Part shown: in pieces, positions 26,172 to 39,500 of the stretch | Numbering within the stretch: the first letter of the stretch is position 1 | How the letters are laid out: each line of letters starts with the position of its first letter | DNA from: Sphaerodactylus townsendi | Lineage: Eukaryota | DNA: 64,000 nucleotides | Direction: 5' to 3' | Assembly: GCF_021028975.2 (NCBI RefSeq) | Contig: NC_059426.1 | Location: 102,300,001-102,364,000, forward strand | Notes under the pieces: generated by a model | The model's database searches: none | What the model saw: the letters and a program-made list of their open reading frames with translations, nothing else | Told to the model about the DNA's origin: nothing | Translations under genes and position numbers: made by a program

Positions 26172-26560
26172 CCAGCCAGGATGATGTAGTGCAGTGGTGG
26201 CGAACCTTTGGCACTCCAGATGTTATGGACTACAATTCCCATCAGCCCCTTCCAGCATGGCCAATTGAATTTGGGTTGATGATACTAGCTGTACAGCCCC
26301 TAAGGCAGGGGTGTCCAACTCTGGCGCTTCAGATGTTCATGGACTACAATTCCCATCACCCCTTGCTGGCATGGCCAATTGGCCATGCTGGAAGGGGCTG
26401 ATGGGAATTGTAGTCCATAACATCTGGAGTGCCAAAGGTTCGCCACCACGGATGTAGTGGTTGGAATGTCATACTAGGATCTGGGAGACCAAGGTTCTCA
26501 TTCCCACTCTGCAAATGAAACTTGTTGGGTGATCTTGGACCAATCATATATGCATGAAAT
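26172..26560 (+). mobile_element. tRNA-derived SINE head split by the MITE
   Basis: Removing the MITE and one TSD rejoins AGCCAGGATGATGTAGTGGTT (A box) with ACTAGGATCTGGGAGACCAAGGTTCTCATTCCC (B box). Confidence 0.7.
26192..26451. mobile_element. Same hAT MITE family, carrying a 114-bp internal insertion
   Basis: Same termini as 22592-22737. Perfect 8-bp TSD ATGTAGTG (26184-26191, 26452-26459). Confidence 0.9.
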
Positions 26561-27621
26561 CTGATACATTCAGGCATCTATCCATGCAGCGAAAGGATAA
26601 GGTCAAAAAGGATATGGCCTCTTTGATAGAAGACCTTGATAACAGCCATAATGGAGGTTGAAAGTTCAAAAGTAATTGGGTGGGAGAAAAACAGAAGCAT
26701 CCTGATGATATTTGAACATTACCAACAAGGCAAGCTGGATCCTAACAGTTATTAACAACCACTTTTCACCCAGCTTCTATACTTTTAACAATGTGATGAT
26801 CAGAAGTCAAGTGATAAGACATGCAGAGGTACACATTGGACAGTTGCTTATGAAGGCAAGAAGCAGGACAGAGTGGGCACAGGTACAATATGGGCTTCTT
26901 ATTCATTCTCTGCACATTGAGTGTAGTCTCCTCAGTGAATACTTTGTGGAAATCATTTGCCTTGTGAATAAGAATGTGGGCTTTGGAATCAGCAACACAA
27001 AGAGAAACATATATTCACTAGTAATCCATGTGCATTTCTAACAGTATTAGTTACATGCAGATGAATTCACTGTTGGTGAGCACATCAATCCAGCAGTTAA
27101 ATTACCAGGGGAGAAAAGGTGAGTCCATGTGATGGGCCCAGTCATGTAGCTGCCACAGGATGGGGGGGGGTACACCCCAGGCACGCACCATTGGAGTCAT
27201 ATGGAGTGTGTGTGGAAAATCGTCCACACACCCCTCCCTCTTCCCCCTGCCTCGCCTCGCCAGGCCTGGCAGAAGCCATTGCTGGGCACCCTGTCCAGCC
27301 CTACCCCACCAGCCAGGCCACGCAACCCAGAGCAGCCTGACGAGGCTGGGCTATGGGGCTGGGCCGTGGGGCTGGGCAGTGGCCCAGCCAGGCAGCTTTT
27401 TTCAGCTGGCTGAACTAAGGTAAGCAGGGGGTCAGGGGGCAGGGCTCTGCACTCCTTCCACCACCACCCCGCTTACCTTAGTTCAGCCAGCTGCTCTTCG
27501 GGGGGCAGGTGTCATTTTGCCCCCAGCGCCATTTCTCCCCCTATGCCTTTGAATGGGCCTTATTAGCCAGTGTTTAAAAAAAAACTCTAGAAGCAGAAGA
27601 AGAGTTTGGGTTTATACCATT

Positions 27622-28088
27622 TGTAGGGATGAGCCGCTGACCCAGCAGAACCGTAGGCAGAGCGCTTGGCATGCTGGCCCAACTACGGCCTTCTGGTCGC
27701 ACCCGCTCCCCCGTCCCCCCCCGGTGAGTCACAGGTCATGAACTACCTGGCTCACAGCCACCAGGTGTCCCAGACAAAGGGATAATGGGCCCTTGCCCCC
27801 AGGCATGGATTAGGCAGACACGGACGCTTCCTCCTGCACATACCAGCCCGATGAGATCATGCATCACCTGACGATCTCCCGGTTTCCCGTTCTCCCACTC
27901 TCCCGGCCTCCCGCCGATCCACCCCTTCGCCCGCCCCCAGAGAAACCCTAATAAAAGGTGTCAGGAACTAGCACGCGGCAGAGTTGCCAGGATCACGGAC
28001 CCCCGCGCTCCCGCTGCTGGCTCTCTCCACCAGATGATATCTCTGCGTCTCGTCTCGTTCTTACGGTGACTCCGCGTGCACGACTACA
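27622..28088. mobile_element. Solo LTR, 467 bp, CpG-rich
   Basis: TGTAG...CTACA termini, perfect 5-bp TSD CCATT (27617-27621, 28089-28093), and AATAAA at 27950-27955. Confidence 0.85.
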
Positions 28089-28292
28089 CCATTTTTCTGA
28101 ATCATAAGGAGTCCCTGACTTTTAAAAGTCTACAGACACCTTTGAAATTCTGACACAGTGAGGTGGGTGAAGCCATGAAATGGTTGACGAAAAATGCCAC
28201 AAGAGGTGGAGTCAGTCACAAAATGGCTACTGCAGCTTACCTTTGGTCACACAGTGAAAATTCTTGTGCTGTTGTGGTGGCTGCTGCTAAAG

Positions 28293-28565
28293 TGTCAGGA
28301 TGCTCTTGTTGGGAGGGGGGAATTATCTGGAAGTGCTTTCGCTTTGGGAGGTGCATCGCTATCACTGGTTCTGACCTTGGAGTTCTGTGGCTGGGAAGGG
28401 CCTCCAGGCTGGACACTTCTGACTCTCTCAGTTCCCATGTGGGGATGGGGATTATGCTATCCATATTATCAAGTGCTTGACGCTTGTCTTCTTCTGTCTC
28501 TCATATGTCTTCAATAAAATCCTTGAAAACCTACAAGTCTTTTATTGTCTGAGCGGGGACTGACA
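28293..28565 (+). mobile_element. Probable short solo LTR, 273 bp
   Basis: TGTCAG...CTGACA termini and AATAAA at 28513-28518. The TSD is degenerate (TAAAG/CAAAA). Sits inside another repeat. Confidence 0.55.
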
Positions 28566-28717
28566 CAAAACAATGTCTTTAAAACTCCAGACAGCCAATC
28601 AGCTCACTAATCATCAATTAGAAGCCATCCTAGGAAAAAACACTCACCTGGTCTTGTCCATTTTCTAAAAACACTTGGTAGTGCCAGGAATGGTTTGGCA
28701 GGAACCATGGAGCTTTA

Positions 28718-29221
28718 AGGCCCCTTCTGCATGGGCCAATTACCATGAGATAATGATGGTGAAAAACCCATTGGGGGGGGACTTTGCATGGTTCCCGCCC
28801 CTAACCCGTGTTATCCCCCAAAAAACAGGTTTTACCTGAATCGCGCTATCCGTGGGGCATTTCAAAAAGCCTGGTTCCTTTTTGCATGCATGCAAACGGC
28901 CCGTGCAGGAGGCGCCCTCTGTGGCTGCTGAGGGGTCCCTTCCTGCCCTGTATCTTTGTGGATATGCAGTCGCACAGGGCCATCCGGCAAGGCAGCATGG
29001 CTGTGGAGGCTCAGACATACATGGCTGCATGGCCATGCATTGGTGGGAGGTGAGTGGGCAGCAAAACCTGCACCTCCACGCAAAGGCGCGATGGTAGCCC
29101 GCACTGCCTCTGCAAGCTCCGGTCGCTGCCTGAATGGAGGCATGCAAACGGGGCAAGAGGGGGATCAGGTTCTTTTATCCCACCTGCAACCCACTCTCCC
29201 TGTGCTGTGTGGAAAAGGCCT
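28718..29221. mobile_element. Non-autonomous DNA transposon (possibly PIF/Harbinger-type MITE)
   Basis: Imperfect inverted termini AGGCCCCTTCTGCA...TGTGGAAAAGGCCT around a GC-rich interior. Confidence 0.5.
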
Positions 29222-32200
29222 CTGTTGTGCAATATGGTTCATTACCTTTGCTCAAGGGAACTTCAGTTTTCTCTGCTTGGATCTTTACACCATGTGGCTG
29301 TGTATGCTTGAGGAGGACAGCCTTGTTTCTGCTTTGAATTGCTTGGTTTACACTATTCAGATCTACCATTTTATAATATCATTTGGGATTTTTATATCTG
29401 CCTGCCTTCTCTGCTCCTTCCCATAACTTTGTTTGGTCCCATATTTCCTACTGTCAGTCAGAATCTCTGCCAATGTTTCAACAGTTCCAGCTCCCCTGGA
29501 GTTTGTTACACCAACCTTTGCTGAACTTGTGAACACTTTTGGATTCTGAAAACAGATAATGAATTCCAATCACAAAATGGCTGTTGCGGTACCAGTCCCA
29601 AAACTGTTTATAGGTTACAAGTCAAGGGTTCTACTGTGATGGAGGTAGCTGTTTCTAGAATAGCTGCTCTTTGCCAGTAGGAAAAAATGATGTCTCGTAG
29701 GATGTCTGAAATACCTCCTGCTTCTCCTGCTTTACAGAGATTTCCCTTGCCAAGGGGTGCTTTGCTAACAAAATAAATAAACTTGTTCTATCTGCTGTGC
29801 AACTCAGTTGATACCCTTTTCTAAGAGGAGTTTCTGGTCAGTGAGCTCAGCATTGGTGAGTATTTTTCTTTCTAGAATTTACCTTTCACAAGCACAGTGA
29901 GAATAAAGGGTTATTATGGCAGGTAAATGCTATACCAGTGATGGCGAACCTATGGCACTCAGAGCCCGCTCCATGGGCACGAACACACAGAGTTCGTCAT
30001 GTGGAGGGTGGAGGAACCAACCTAATAGGGATTTGTGTATGTAATTAAGGTCACCTTATCTTTCCCCCCATAATTCAATCATGGCTGCAATCAATTGACA
30101 TTAACACAAAAGATTTAAATTAAACTAAGGCCATACTGAAGAACTCACACACATTACCTAAATATTAGCATACCACAAGAAAAACTCAAGAAAATACCAT
30201 TTAAAAATAATATAATTAGCTCAGGCCAAAAAAGGAGCTTTGGAAAGGCACTACCACCTAAAATTCTCTTACAAGTCACTCTCTTATAAAACACTCATAT
30301 GCCAATTTCAGCACCGAATAGTTGAAATGTTGCAGTCACAGTGGAAGGACAGACCTACTGGTATAATTCTTTTTGTATCTTCTGCTAACCTCATCAGGTT
30401 ATTTTTTTGTAATAGTACAAGAAGCATTTATGTCAGTTCCACTATCTCCTGTCTCTTCCCCTTCCTCTGACTTCTCCTTGAACTCTTTAAGACATCAAGG
30501 AAGGAACAAACAAAATGAATAAAACTAAGGAAATGTCTTTACTTAAAAAAATTTCCCCTGATTTTAACTATTCTAATGATTACAGCAAATTGATTCCTTT
30601 CTGTTTTTTTTTCTTCTGTTTGGAAATAGATGCACATCTCTAATTCATAAAGCAATAGGATACAAGCCTGGAAGTCCCCCTCCCCAATCTCCCCCATCAT
30701 GCCAGGAGATGCACAATGATACAAGTTATACATCCACAAACAGCAGCCAGCATCTGCCACAGAAACATACTGAGAACAACCCCATTGCAAAATAATATGT
30801 TCAGTCCAGTCCCCATGAGGAACATTTTTTCAGTTGAATCGCTTCAAAGTATGTTTCATCGCACAATAAACTGAAAGCTGCTGCATTTTATAACAACTTT
30901 TATTCCTGAATGCAGGGTATACAGAAGAAGCACACAAGAATAAAATGGTTCCATAAGATTCAAGGGAGGGGAGGGCTAATAATTTGTGATGCTTCTTATA
31001 TTCTGTAAAGGTATCTTTTGTTTGTATTCTTTCATTACAGTGGTATAATTTTAGAAGAAATGAGCACACAGTGCTCTGACTACACCGTTCTTGAGTTTAC
31101 ACAATGAACACAGTTGGGCACATCTCCTGTGGGTAGCATTCGCTTACCTCTGTCTGCTTCTCAGTAAATAGCTGGACGTTGGAAGTGCCCTGCAATTTCT
31201 GGTTGAGGGAGCGTGTAAGAAATTGAGACAGTTAAAAGCAGAAAAGCAACTGTTATTCTTTAAATCTTTTATTCCATATTTTAATGTTGGTTATTGTTTG
31301 TTTAAGAAATGAAGAGAAATCAAGTGATGCCCTAATACTTTTGAACTTCTCTTAAGTGAAGTTAATTTCCATACATCTATGCATAAAACGTTACAGCATA
31401 AAGCATGAGATATCTTCTTAAAACACAGAAGCTGCTAAAATTCTGGAAAACATTTTGTTGTTCACCCTTCCAGAGATGCAAATTTATAGAACAGACAGGC
31501 AAGAACATTCCTCCTCCATGAAATGTGTAATGCATAGCCAATCATGCTGTATCTTTTTATCTCCCATTCTTTTACTCCTGGGCTATTTAGATAAGTCTGT
31601 CTGACATGGTGCTTACTGCTTAATATACTGGCAGGTTCTCCAAGGATGGAAAGTTCACAAGATGGTAATGATGGAGAAATACATTAAGAGATCACTGATA
31701 TCCACAGTAGAGTCCCTATTGATTATGAATCAAGATTCCTGTTTTAACCTGTTTTTAAAAAGTGAACAGGCCTGCTAGTGTCTAAAAATGGTGATTAAAA
31801 TTGTGCTTATGTTAAATGTTACAAAAGTTTCTCTGAAAAGCTGGACAGGCAATTGATATTTGAAACTGTTCTATCAATCCATTTCTCCACGGAGCTCAAG
31901 TGGTGCATCTGGTTCCTGCACTTTAATTGTTCTCACAACAATCCTGTGAGGTAGATTAGAGAGAAAAAAGTGTGCATATGTGAGTGTAACTGGCACAGTG
32001 AGCTTCATACACTGAGTGTGAATTCAAACCAAGGTCTCTCAAGTTCTAGCTTGACATTATAATCACTACACTGCATGGTATCTGTGTTGAAGCTAAGCAG
32101 ATCTTAAGCAGAAGATTCCCTACCATGCAAATAGGCCTTACCCAGTGGTCAGCAACACACACCAGGGCAATAATTTTCCTGAATAGAGGCTATTGGCGGG

Positions 32201-33007
32201 GGGGGGGGGGGGGATGTAGAAAGAGGTACAAATAAATGTAGGCTGACTATTGGATGGGAAAGGGGAAAAAAGGCTATGGGGGCTTTCAGGAGCGGGAAGG
32301 AGGAAATAGTATGGGTGGAAAGAATGAGATACCTCCCAGAAATTCTTGCGGGTTCCCATTTGTATATTCTAATAGTGGGCTCATTTGCAAATGTCTAAGT
32401 CAGCGGATTGGGCCCATGATTAAAAACTTATAGTTCTGCAAACTTTGCAGAAAAACCTGAAAAGGTTTAAAACACACTGAAGTGTTTTAATAACATCCTA
32501 CATAAAGATATCTGTGCATGCATGGACAACAGTCCTGCCTCCTCTTCATTTGGGCGGTGGCAGGAAGCTGTGGCAGACTGCATAATTGCACAGGGCTCAC
32601 CTGAAAGGAGGAATACCTCGACAGGCCTGGAAGGGCTTGCCCTCATGGTTGACAGTGGGGGAGAAGAAACCTTGGCAGCCCAGCAGCAGAGGCTAAAAGC
32701 TGTGTGGAACTTATCAGATTAGGGGTGGGGGTGGGGGAAACAAGATTTTGGGAGCTGGCATCTGCGAACTGTGCTGGGCGTGCTATTGATGGTGGGAAAG
32801 GAAAGCCTTGGTGGGCTCAGCAGCATAGGCAAGGAGCAACATGGGGCTTACAAGTGTCAGTCAGTCATGGGGGAGAAACAATCCTTAGTGGCCTGGCAAC
32901 AGAGGTTGGGAGTTGTGTGGTTCACCGGTGTTGGTTCATGGAGGGGACAAGACTCAGTGGGCCCGGCAGCTGAGAGCCACAAATGGCTCACTGTTGGTAT
33001 ATGCTAG

Positions 33008-33543
33008 TGTAACCTCAGCTTGTGGGTTCTGTGGGGCAGTACTTGGAATGAGTTGCAACAACAATTTTTAAACAACAAAATGGTTTACTTTTCTTTACAA
33101 TTAACACTTTTAAAACATCAACATTTAACGTTACAATTCAAGGTCCTGTTCAGGTTGCATTTCAAGTCCTTCTATTTACAGTCTACTGATAATGCCAAGT
33201 CCAAATTCTTCTTTGCAAGTTGGCTGGCTCTTGAAGACTCCAAGGGCTTGATGAACAGGTTGCAACATGATGAAGGTCTCCAGGAGAACTCTCACCCATT
33301 ACAACCACAAAAGAAAACCCTGAAACAATAAACTCCAACATTTACAACATAGCAAAAACAACAACTACCTTCCCAGTAGTTCCCAACAATATTGCAATTA
33401 CCTTAACAAGGTGTTAAGGGCTTATAGAAATCAAGGTCCGAGTCTGGTACCCTTGTCTTCTGCAAAGAGCTCTTGCAGCCTTTCTGCTGCTCTGAGTCTC
33501 CACCCCCTTACTGGGTCAACCCATTCTGGGCATGGGGGTTACA
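33008..33543. mobile_element. Solo LTR, 536 bp
   Basis: TGTAACC...GGTTACA termini and perfect 4-bp TSD CTAG (33004-33007, 33544-33547). Confidence 0.8.
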
Positions 33544-36500
33544 CTAGCACAGCTCTTTAGTCATGAAAGTGTTAATGATGTTGTTTGTTAGTAAGCATTA
33601 GCTAGGTTACCATAGACAATGAGGTGTCGAATAACTAATTATCTGCATTAATGAAGTGATCCATTGATTGCCATTGGCTAATCAATATATTGCCACATAG
33701 ACTGTGTGTTTCCAAGCATGAACACATTTAAGAGGAAGTCGAAAAACTTCTTTGTTCTCAGTCAGTCAGAGTCACATCTTCCCACAATGTAAGAAGGAGC
33801 ATGTAGCTCAGCTTAGAGAGGATTGCTTTATTGCTTTTTACCCTGTTCCTTCCTTTTTTACCCCTTTCCTTCTATTTTTCTTGGTAAACTGTTAGAAGCA
33901 GGCAGGAGAGTTTAAACAGGGTGGCAGTTATGAAGGCTGGGGTGAGAAGGAGCATTTTCACTGTGCCCAACTAACTAGACTGTGGGGAGAGACACTGGGG
34001 TGGTGGTGGTGGTGAGGAAACCAAACTGAAAACAAATTACAACACAATGTGCAACATTTTCTTGAAGGTCTCCACTTGTTTACTGGATTTTCCACCCGAG
34101 TTTCTTTAGCTTCAGGGAGAAAAAAAAGAGAAAAAATACTCAGTGATGCAGAAGAAATATCCGAAATCTGAAATGTACTTACTCACACTTTGCAAAGCAA
34201 TATTTCACAGTGTTCAATGATTAATTAAATATTTAATTAAAATACGAACAGTGTGAAAAATTACTTTGCCTCCAAAGGTTTTTTAAAAAAACAAACAATA
34301 ATTTTCAGCTATTCAATTCTGTTATACTTTTCATTTTTTATTTTATAGACAATATAAAGAATAATAAGAGCTTTGTTACAGAAAAACGTGCTGCGCCAAC
34401 ATCTAAAACTTACATCATCATATATTTCAAACCTAAAAAGATCTAAATATAGCATTTTTTCTTTTATCCATGTAACAATAATAATTTTGCTTGTATATTT
34501 CTAAGTCTAAAAAGACTCCATTTTGATTGCTGGAAAAGCTTTAAAAATCTTGTTTTCTGTCTCTTTTGTTTTTCACATAGTTTAGAAGCAGGTGCTTACA
34601 GATAGAGATAAACTGTATCACCACCAAGGTCCCCCTCTCTTGGGGTCCACAGGGCAGGCTGGAGGTCCTGGAGAAAAAGCTGCTCAGCCTTTCTTCCCCT
34701 CCTATTTAGATGGTGCAATCAAGACAGTGGGGCACTTGTGGTACGGAGAACCGTTCTCCACATCTAAGGTTTAAAAGTATTTATTCAAAATAAAAATGGA
34801 TACCAGTATATTTTAGCACAGCACCAGATGGAGCAAGGGTTTCCAAAACAAAGGAGATGAAACCACAAATCCCCTGTCCCTATCTCGTAACATACCCTAG
34901 CTAGAAGTTGTTGAACTTAGGGTAGGCATGTACAACTTAGAAGGTTGCAATTCTCCAAGAGTTCCCATTACCTGACTGAGCACATGGTCCAAAAATGGCT
35001 GCGCCATTCACAGCCCAGGCAAAATGTCTGCTCCCCAGCAGAAGGAAAGAAAGAAGAGACCTTGCCCCTCCACTGCCAGTAATTTATCAGATCCCAGACC
35101 CCACCCTCCTTTGACCTGGTTAGGCTGGGTCAAGATATCTTTCCCCCTTAGGTCAGGTAGCACTTTCTGATGTTTCTCTGGAATTTCTAAGTCCTCCAAA
35201 TCTATGATACCTGATAGGAGGGGGGAGGGGGAAAAAAGAAAAAAAAGGGGGGGGGTGAAAGGAGCCATTTTCCCACAGCAACATATGACCATCATTGCCA
35301 CTTGACCTTGATCTACACAGTCCAAAAAGAATCTTGCTTTATTGCATGACCACCAGGAGATCCAGAATTCAATTTCATTTCCTCAATTATATCTGGATTT
35401 CAATTGCTGTGGTTTTAAACAGCTTCCATGTATCCTAAAAGAATCTAACTTTCATGTGTTCCCCTTTCAACTTCCTTCTAACTAGTCCCCTAAGTTTTGT
35501 AAAATTTCCCCTGTTTAAATCAGACGTTACTGTTTTGGACTTCAGGGATAACTTTTCATTGACATGAATGCTGAACTTAATAGCATTGTAGACATTGTTC
35601 TCAAATGGTGCAACAATACCAACATCTTGACCAGGTCTTGTGTCCCACTCAAAACAAATCCAAGATCACTAACCGTTTTGTTGGCCCTGTGAGCAAGGGT
35701 ACCCCTGTGAGCAAGGGTAAGGGTACTTGAAGTCTCTCAGTATCACATTATTTGCTTTATTGCATTCTCCATCTTTAGACACCTATAACACATTTCCCTT
35801 TCCTACAGCTTTACCCTTCCTAGAGCCTTTTGTCTCCACACCCACCCTTCCCTTGTCATCCTACTCGCACTCCCTAATACTGTTGTGTTCTTACCAATAA
35901 TACTCTGAGCATTTACACTGTTGCCTCATTGAACTTAGTTGTCCCAAACTTGAGACTCCCTAGCTCCTATTTGCTTTCCCTGGGATTAGTTAAAAACTGC
36001 TCTGCCATGTTTTAAACAGTGCAATAGTTGAGAATAAGGAAATAATAATATGTAAAAGTGTTTGTGGACCCAGGGGCAAAAAGAGAGGAAGCTTTGAGGA
36101 GAATGAACCACAGACAGCATGTGTTGGGAGAAATTAGACATAACTTTTTATTGAGTATAACTGCAAAACACTGGCACAGCATGGGGATGGACCCTTACAT
36201 CAGATGACCCAGCTGCCATTTGATATAACCTAACCCCCCCACCTGTTGGGGGAAACTCGTGGAGTGGCAAACTTGGGATCCACCTGGCTGTGAGCCTCAG
36301 CATTATTCCCTTGCCACCTGGTGGTGAGAGTCAACTACCAAGCTGGGCATGTAGTAGTTCAGCCCCCCACCCCACCTCTAAGACTCCTTATCGGAGTCCC
36401 CAAACAGGGGAGGTGGGAATGCAGGCATGGCCTCCCTCAAACTGGATCCATCCCAATGCTCAAACTGCTAACCTTACTGTGAAGGTAGAAAAAGCCATAA

Positions 36501-39500
36501 AATATATCGTAAGCAAAATAACCCTACACAATATACTGAAAAGAACCCCTAGCCTTTGCACCATGAGAAGGGGGGGATGGTGGCTGGAGTCAATGAGGAG
36601 ATATGGGAGAAGAGATGACAAAGAATTGACTTATTGCTGTTTGCTTGATAAAATTATGAAGAAAATACAGGGGGGAGGGAAAAAGGGGGAAAACGTATTG
36701 TTTGAAAACAAATGAAGAATATTAATATAAATTAATATATTCAAATGATACAATAAAAAATAAAAAAAATAAAAAGAAGGGTGGATGGCGAAAGAAGGGG
36801 CTGCCTCAGTAGATGAAGCCTATAAAGGGGAAGGGCTGATCTGCGCAGCCCCCATTCCTTCCGATTAGCTCCCTGGTGAACTGGACAAAGACCTCTCTGG
36901 CCTTCCAGTTACCTGCCAGAAGAGCTCCTTGTCATTCCCCTTCCCCACTCTGCACCTCAAATGTAGCTTCTGAGGTGAGTCAGGGTTGGTTCGTATTAAA
37001 TGTTTGTAACACTTGTCTCTTTTAGACTCTCTCTTTGTGCTTATCTGCTAGGATAGAAAGGATTAAAATCCAAACTCTGTTCTCACAGTGGCATAGGCTT
37101 TATGTAGTCATCCTCAGTGGAAGAGATAAAGTGGAAGATTGGGCATTCAATTTTTGTCAAATTCTAGCAAACTATCTTTGCCTGTTCTCCACAACAGTAA
37201 GTGTTATTAACAAAACTTTGAAATCTCAGCTCAGTCCCATGATACATTGGCAAGTAGGATTAAATTTCCTGGAACCTCTATTCCCATCTGAAGAACATAT
37301 GACCAAATTACAGAAATGCTATTATCCTTTCCAGGTTAGAAATACAATACAAGCACATTTTCATTATTAGAAACCGGTAGACCTATTATAAGAAATAATT
37401 TGATATTGTTCAAACTCAATGGAATGTTACCCACATCTATTGAATTGTGGTATGCCCTGTTCATTTAAAGGCAGTTCATCTTAGAATGTAATGAAGCTAA
37501 GAGCTCAGGACCAAACTGGAAAACCAGGAGCTTTGACTGGCCTAGTTTTTATTTGTTTGTTTATTTATTTATTTTATTTCATGGTGGCAGCTTCTAACAG
37601 CAGCATCTACTTCTCTTCCTAACATAGAAATCAATTCATGCACTTATTGAAGTGAAGTTTGCCACAGCTTCTGAATAACAGAGTTCCCATGCCTTCCCCC
37701 AATCCAATTTTCCAGCCGAGCAAGTAGCAGGTCAAGAATATCTGGTGATTTGACACAGGTCAATTCTATTAAGTGATTCCCCCCTGGACTCCCACTTACT
37801 TCACTCATTATGAGCTCTTTGCACAATTCATTAGCAGGTTTAATAGAAACTTTGTATATGCAATGAAATTTGTCAACTGAGTTTTTCAGCAACCACTGTC
37901 AATTGTTTATATCCAAATTCTTCTTTTTAATGATAATTAAACTGCCACACAGAATCTTAATTAATAATGGCCCAGCTTTCTGTAAATTTAAAAGTCTGCC
38001 TCCCTTTTATTCTTGAATTACATCTCCAACATAAACAGAAGAATAATCTTTGATGGGTTTACTTTTACCTTGGTTCCCAAATGCTTAGTATTTCTTGGAA
38101 TATTATTAAGGAAAAGGCCTTCTCAAATTTTGAAAGCAACAATAAACCTAATCATCTGCCCTTTCTGAAAACTCAAGTTCCTTCATGGAAAGCAGGACCT
38201 TACTACAGAGAATTAACATCGCCCCATTCTGGTGGGCTTTTTACTAGGCAGGTTTCAAGAACAATGCAGATTAACTTTCAAAAATAGATAACTGTGTAAA
38301 CAGGCTTACAGAGTAGCATAAAACCTTAAAAACCTTATGTAAATAGACACCAGCATTTGAACAATATTGACTCCACCAAACTGCACAGACATTTTTTGCA
38401 TATATTTTACAAATATGTGGGTGTGCCAACCCCATTTCTCTGGAGCTTCTTCTACTACATTATACACATTTCCATGGGAGTTTGAGTTGTACCCAAGTGG
38501 AAAATCAAATTAACTTGTTGAGTAGCTTTATTCTTCTTTAATTTGCAGTTGGGTTCATTAAGAGGCTGATGTTTTGCTTTGCTTACCTACTACACCAACA
38601 GCAATGAAAATCAAAAGCAATGGTGCATACATTCCATAGTACTAGCCTCTAGTTCCTTGGCTGGTTTCTTAACCTGCTAGTGGTACTAGCTTCTGTCCAT
38701 TAAAAAAAGTGCTTGAAAGTATTAGCAGGACTCAAAGAAACTTTCTTAGCATCACCTTATCAAACAGCTGTCAAATGTGATTATTGCAGCACAGCATCAT
38801 CAGAATTGTTTTCTGAAGCAGCTTTGGAGGTCACCAAAATTAGCAGCTTATTTCTTCTTTAAGGACATTTTTGTTTTACTAAATTCATATGTGACTAAAT
38901 GATTGATGGAAGTACTAATTTGCTCCTACTAGGATTCAACCCTTTCTGAAATGAGACTTAGACTTTTACCATTCCTCCCCCATTCACCCATTACTTTCTA
39001 TCCAAAACACGGGTAGTAATAAACAAGTGAGAGGTATGATCCTAAAATCTGATCCCAATCTGATATAGAATGTGAAGCCATCTGAATGGATTTAAAGGAT
39101 TTTCTCTTTATATATGGGCACAATTTTAATTTTGCATTGTTTGGCATTTATTTCTAAAAATTAAACTTTTAAATTCTTCCTGAAAAGGAAATTAATAAAT
39201 GTGTTTTATAGACACTGTTCTACATATTCAAGCATCTGTATGACCTTTAGGAGGAACAACAAAATGAAAATACAGATTCTGCATAGAACAGCTTGTGATG
39301 TCCTTTTGCACTCGTTCGCTCTTTACCGTGTTGTCTATTTTAAAACTAAAGGTTTTTTCTTGGATCACAGACACTGCATCGCATTAAAACCAAAGCACCG
39401 TGCCATAGTATAAATAGAAAAGGCAAAAACAAAAACAAAAACAAAAACCAACCCCTTCTGTGCATGAAAAGCAGAATCTATTAAGGTCTCAGCAGGCAGC

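Noticed and set aside
34614-35330. LTR-like block
   Set aside because: The composition suggests a repeat, but I could not find matching termini or a TSD.
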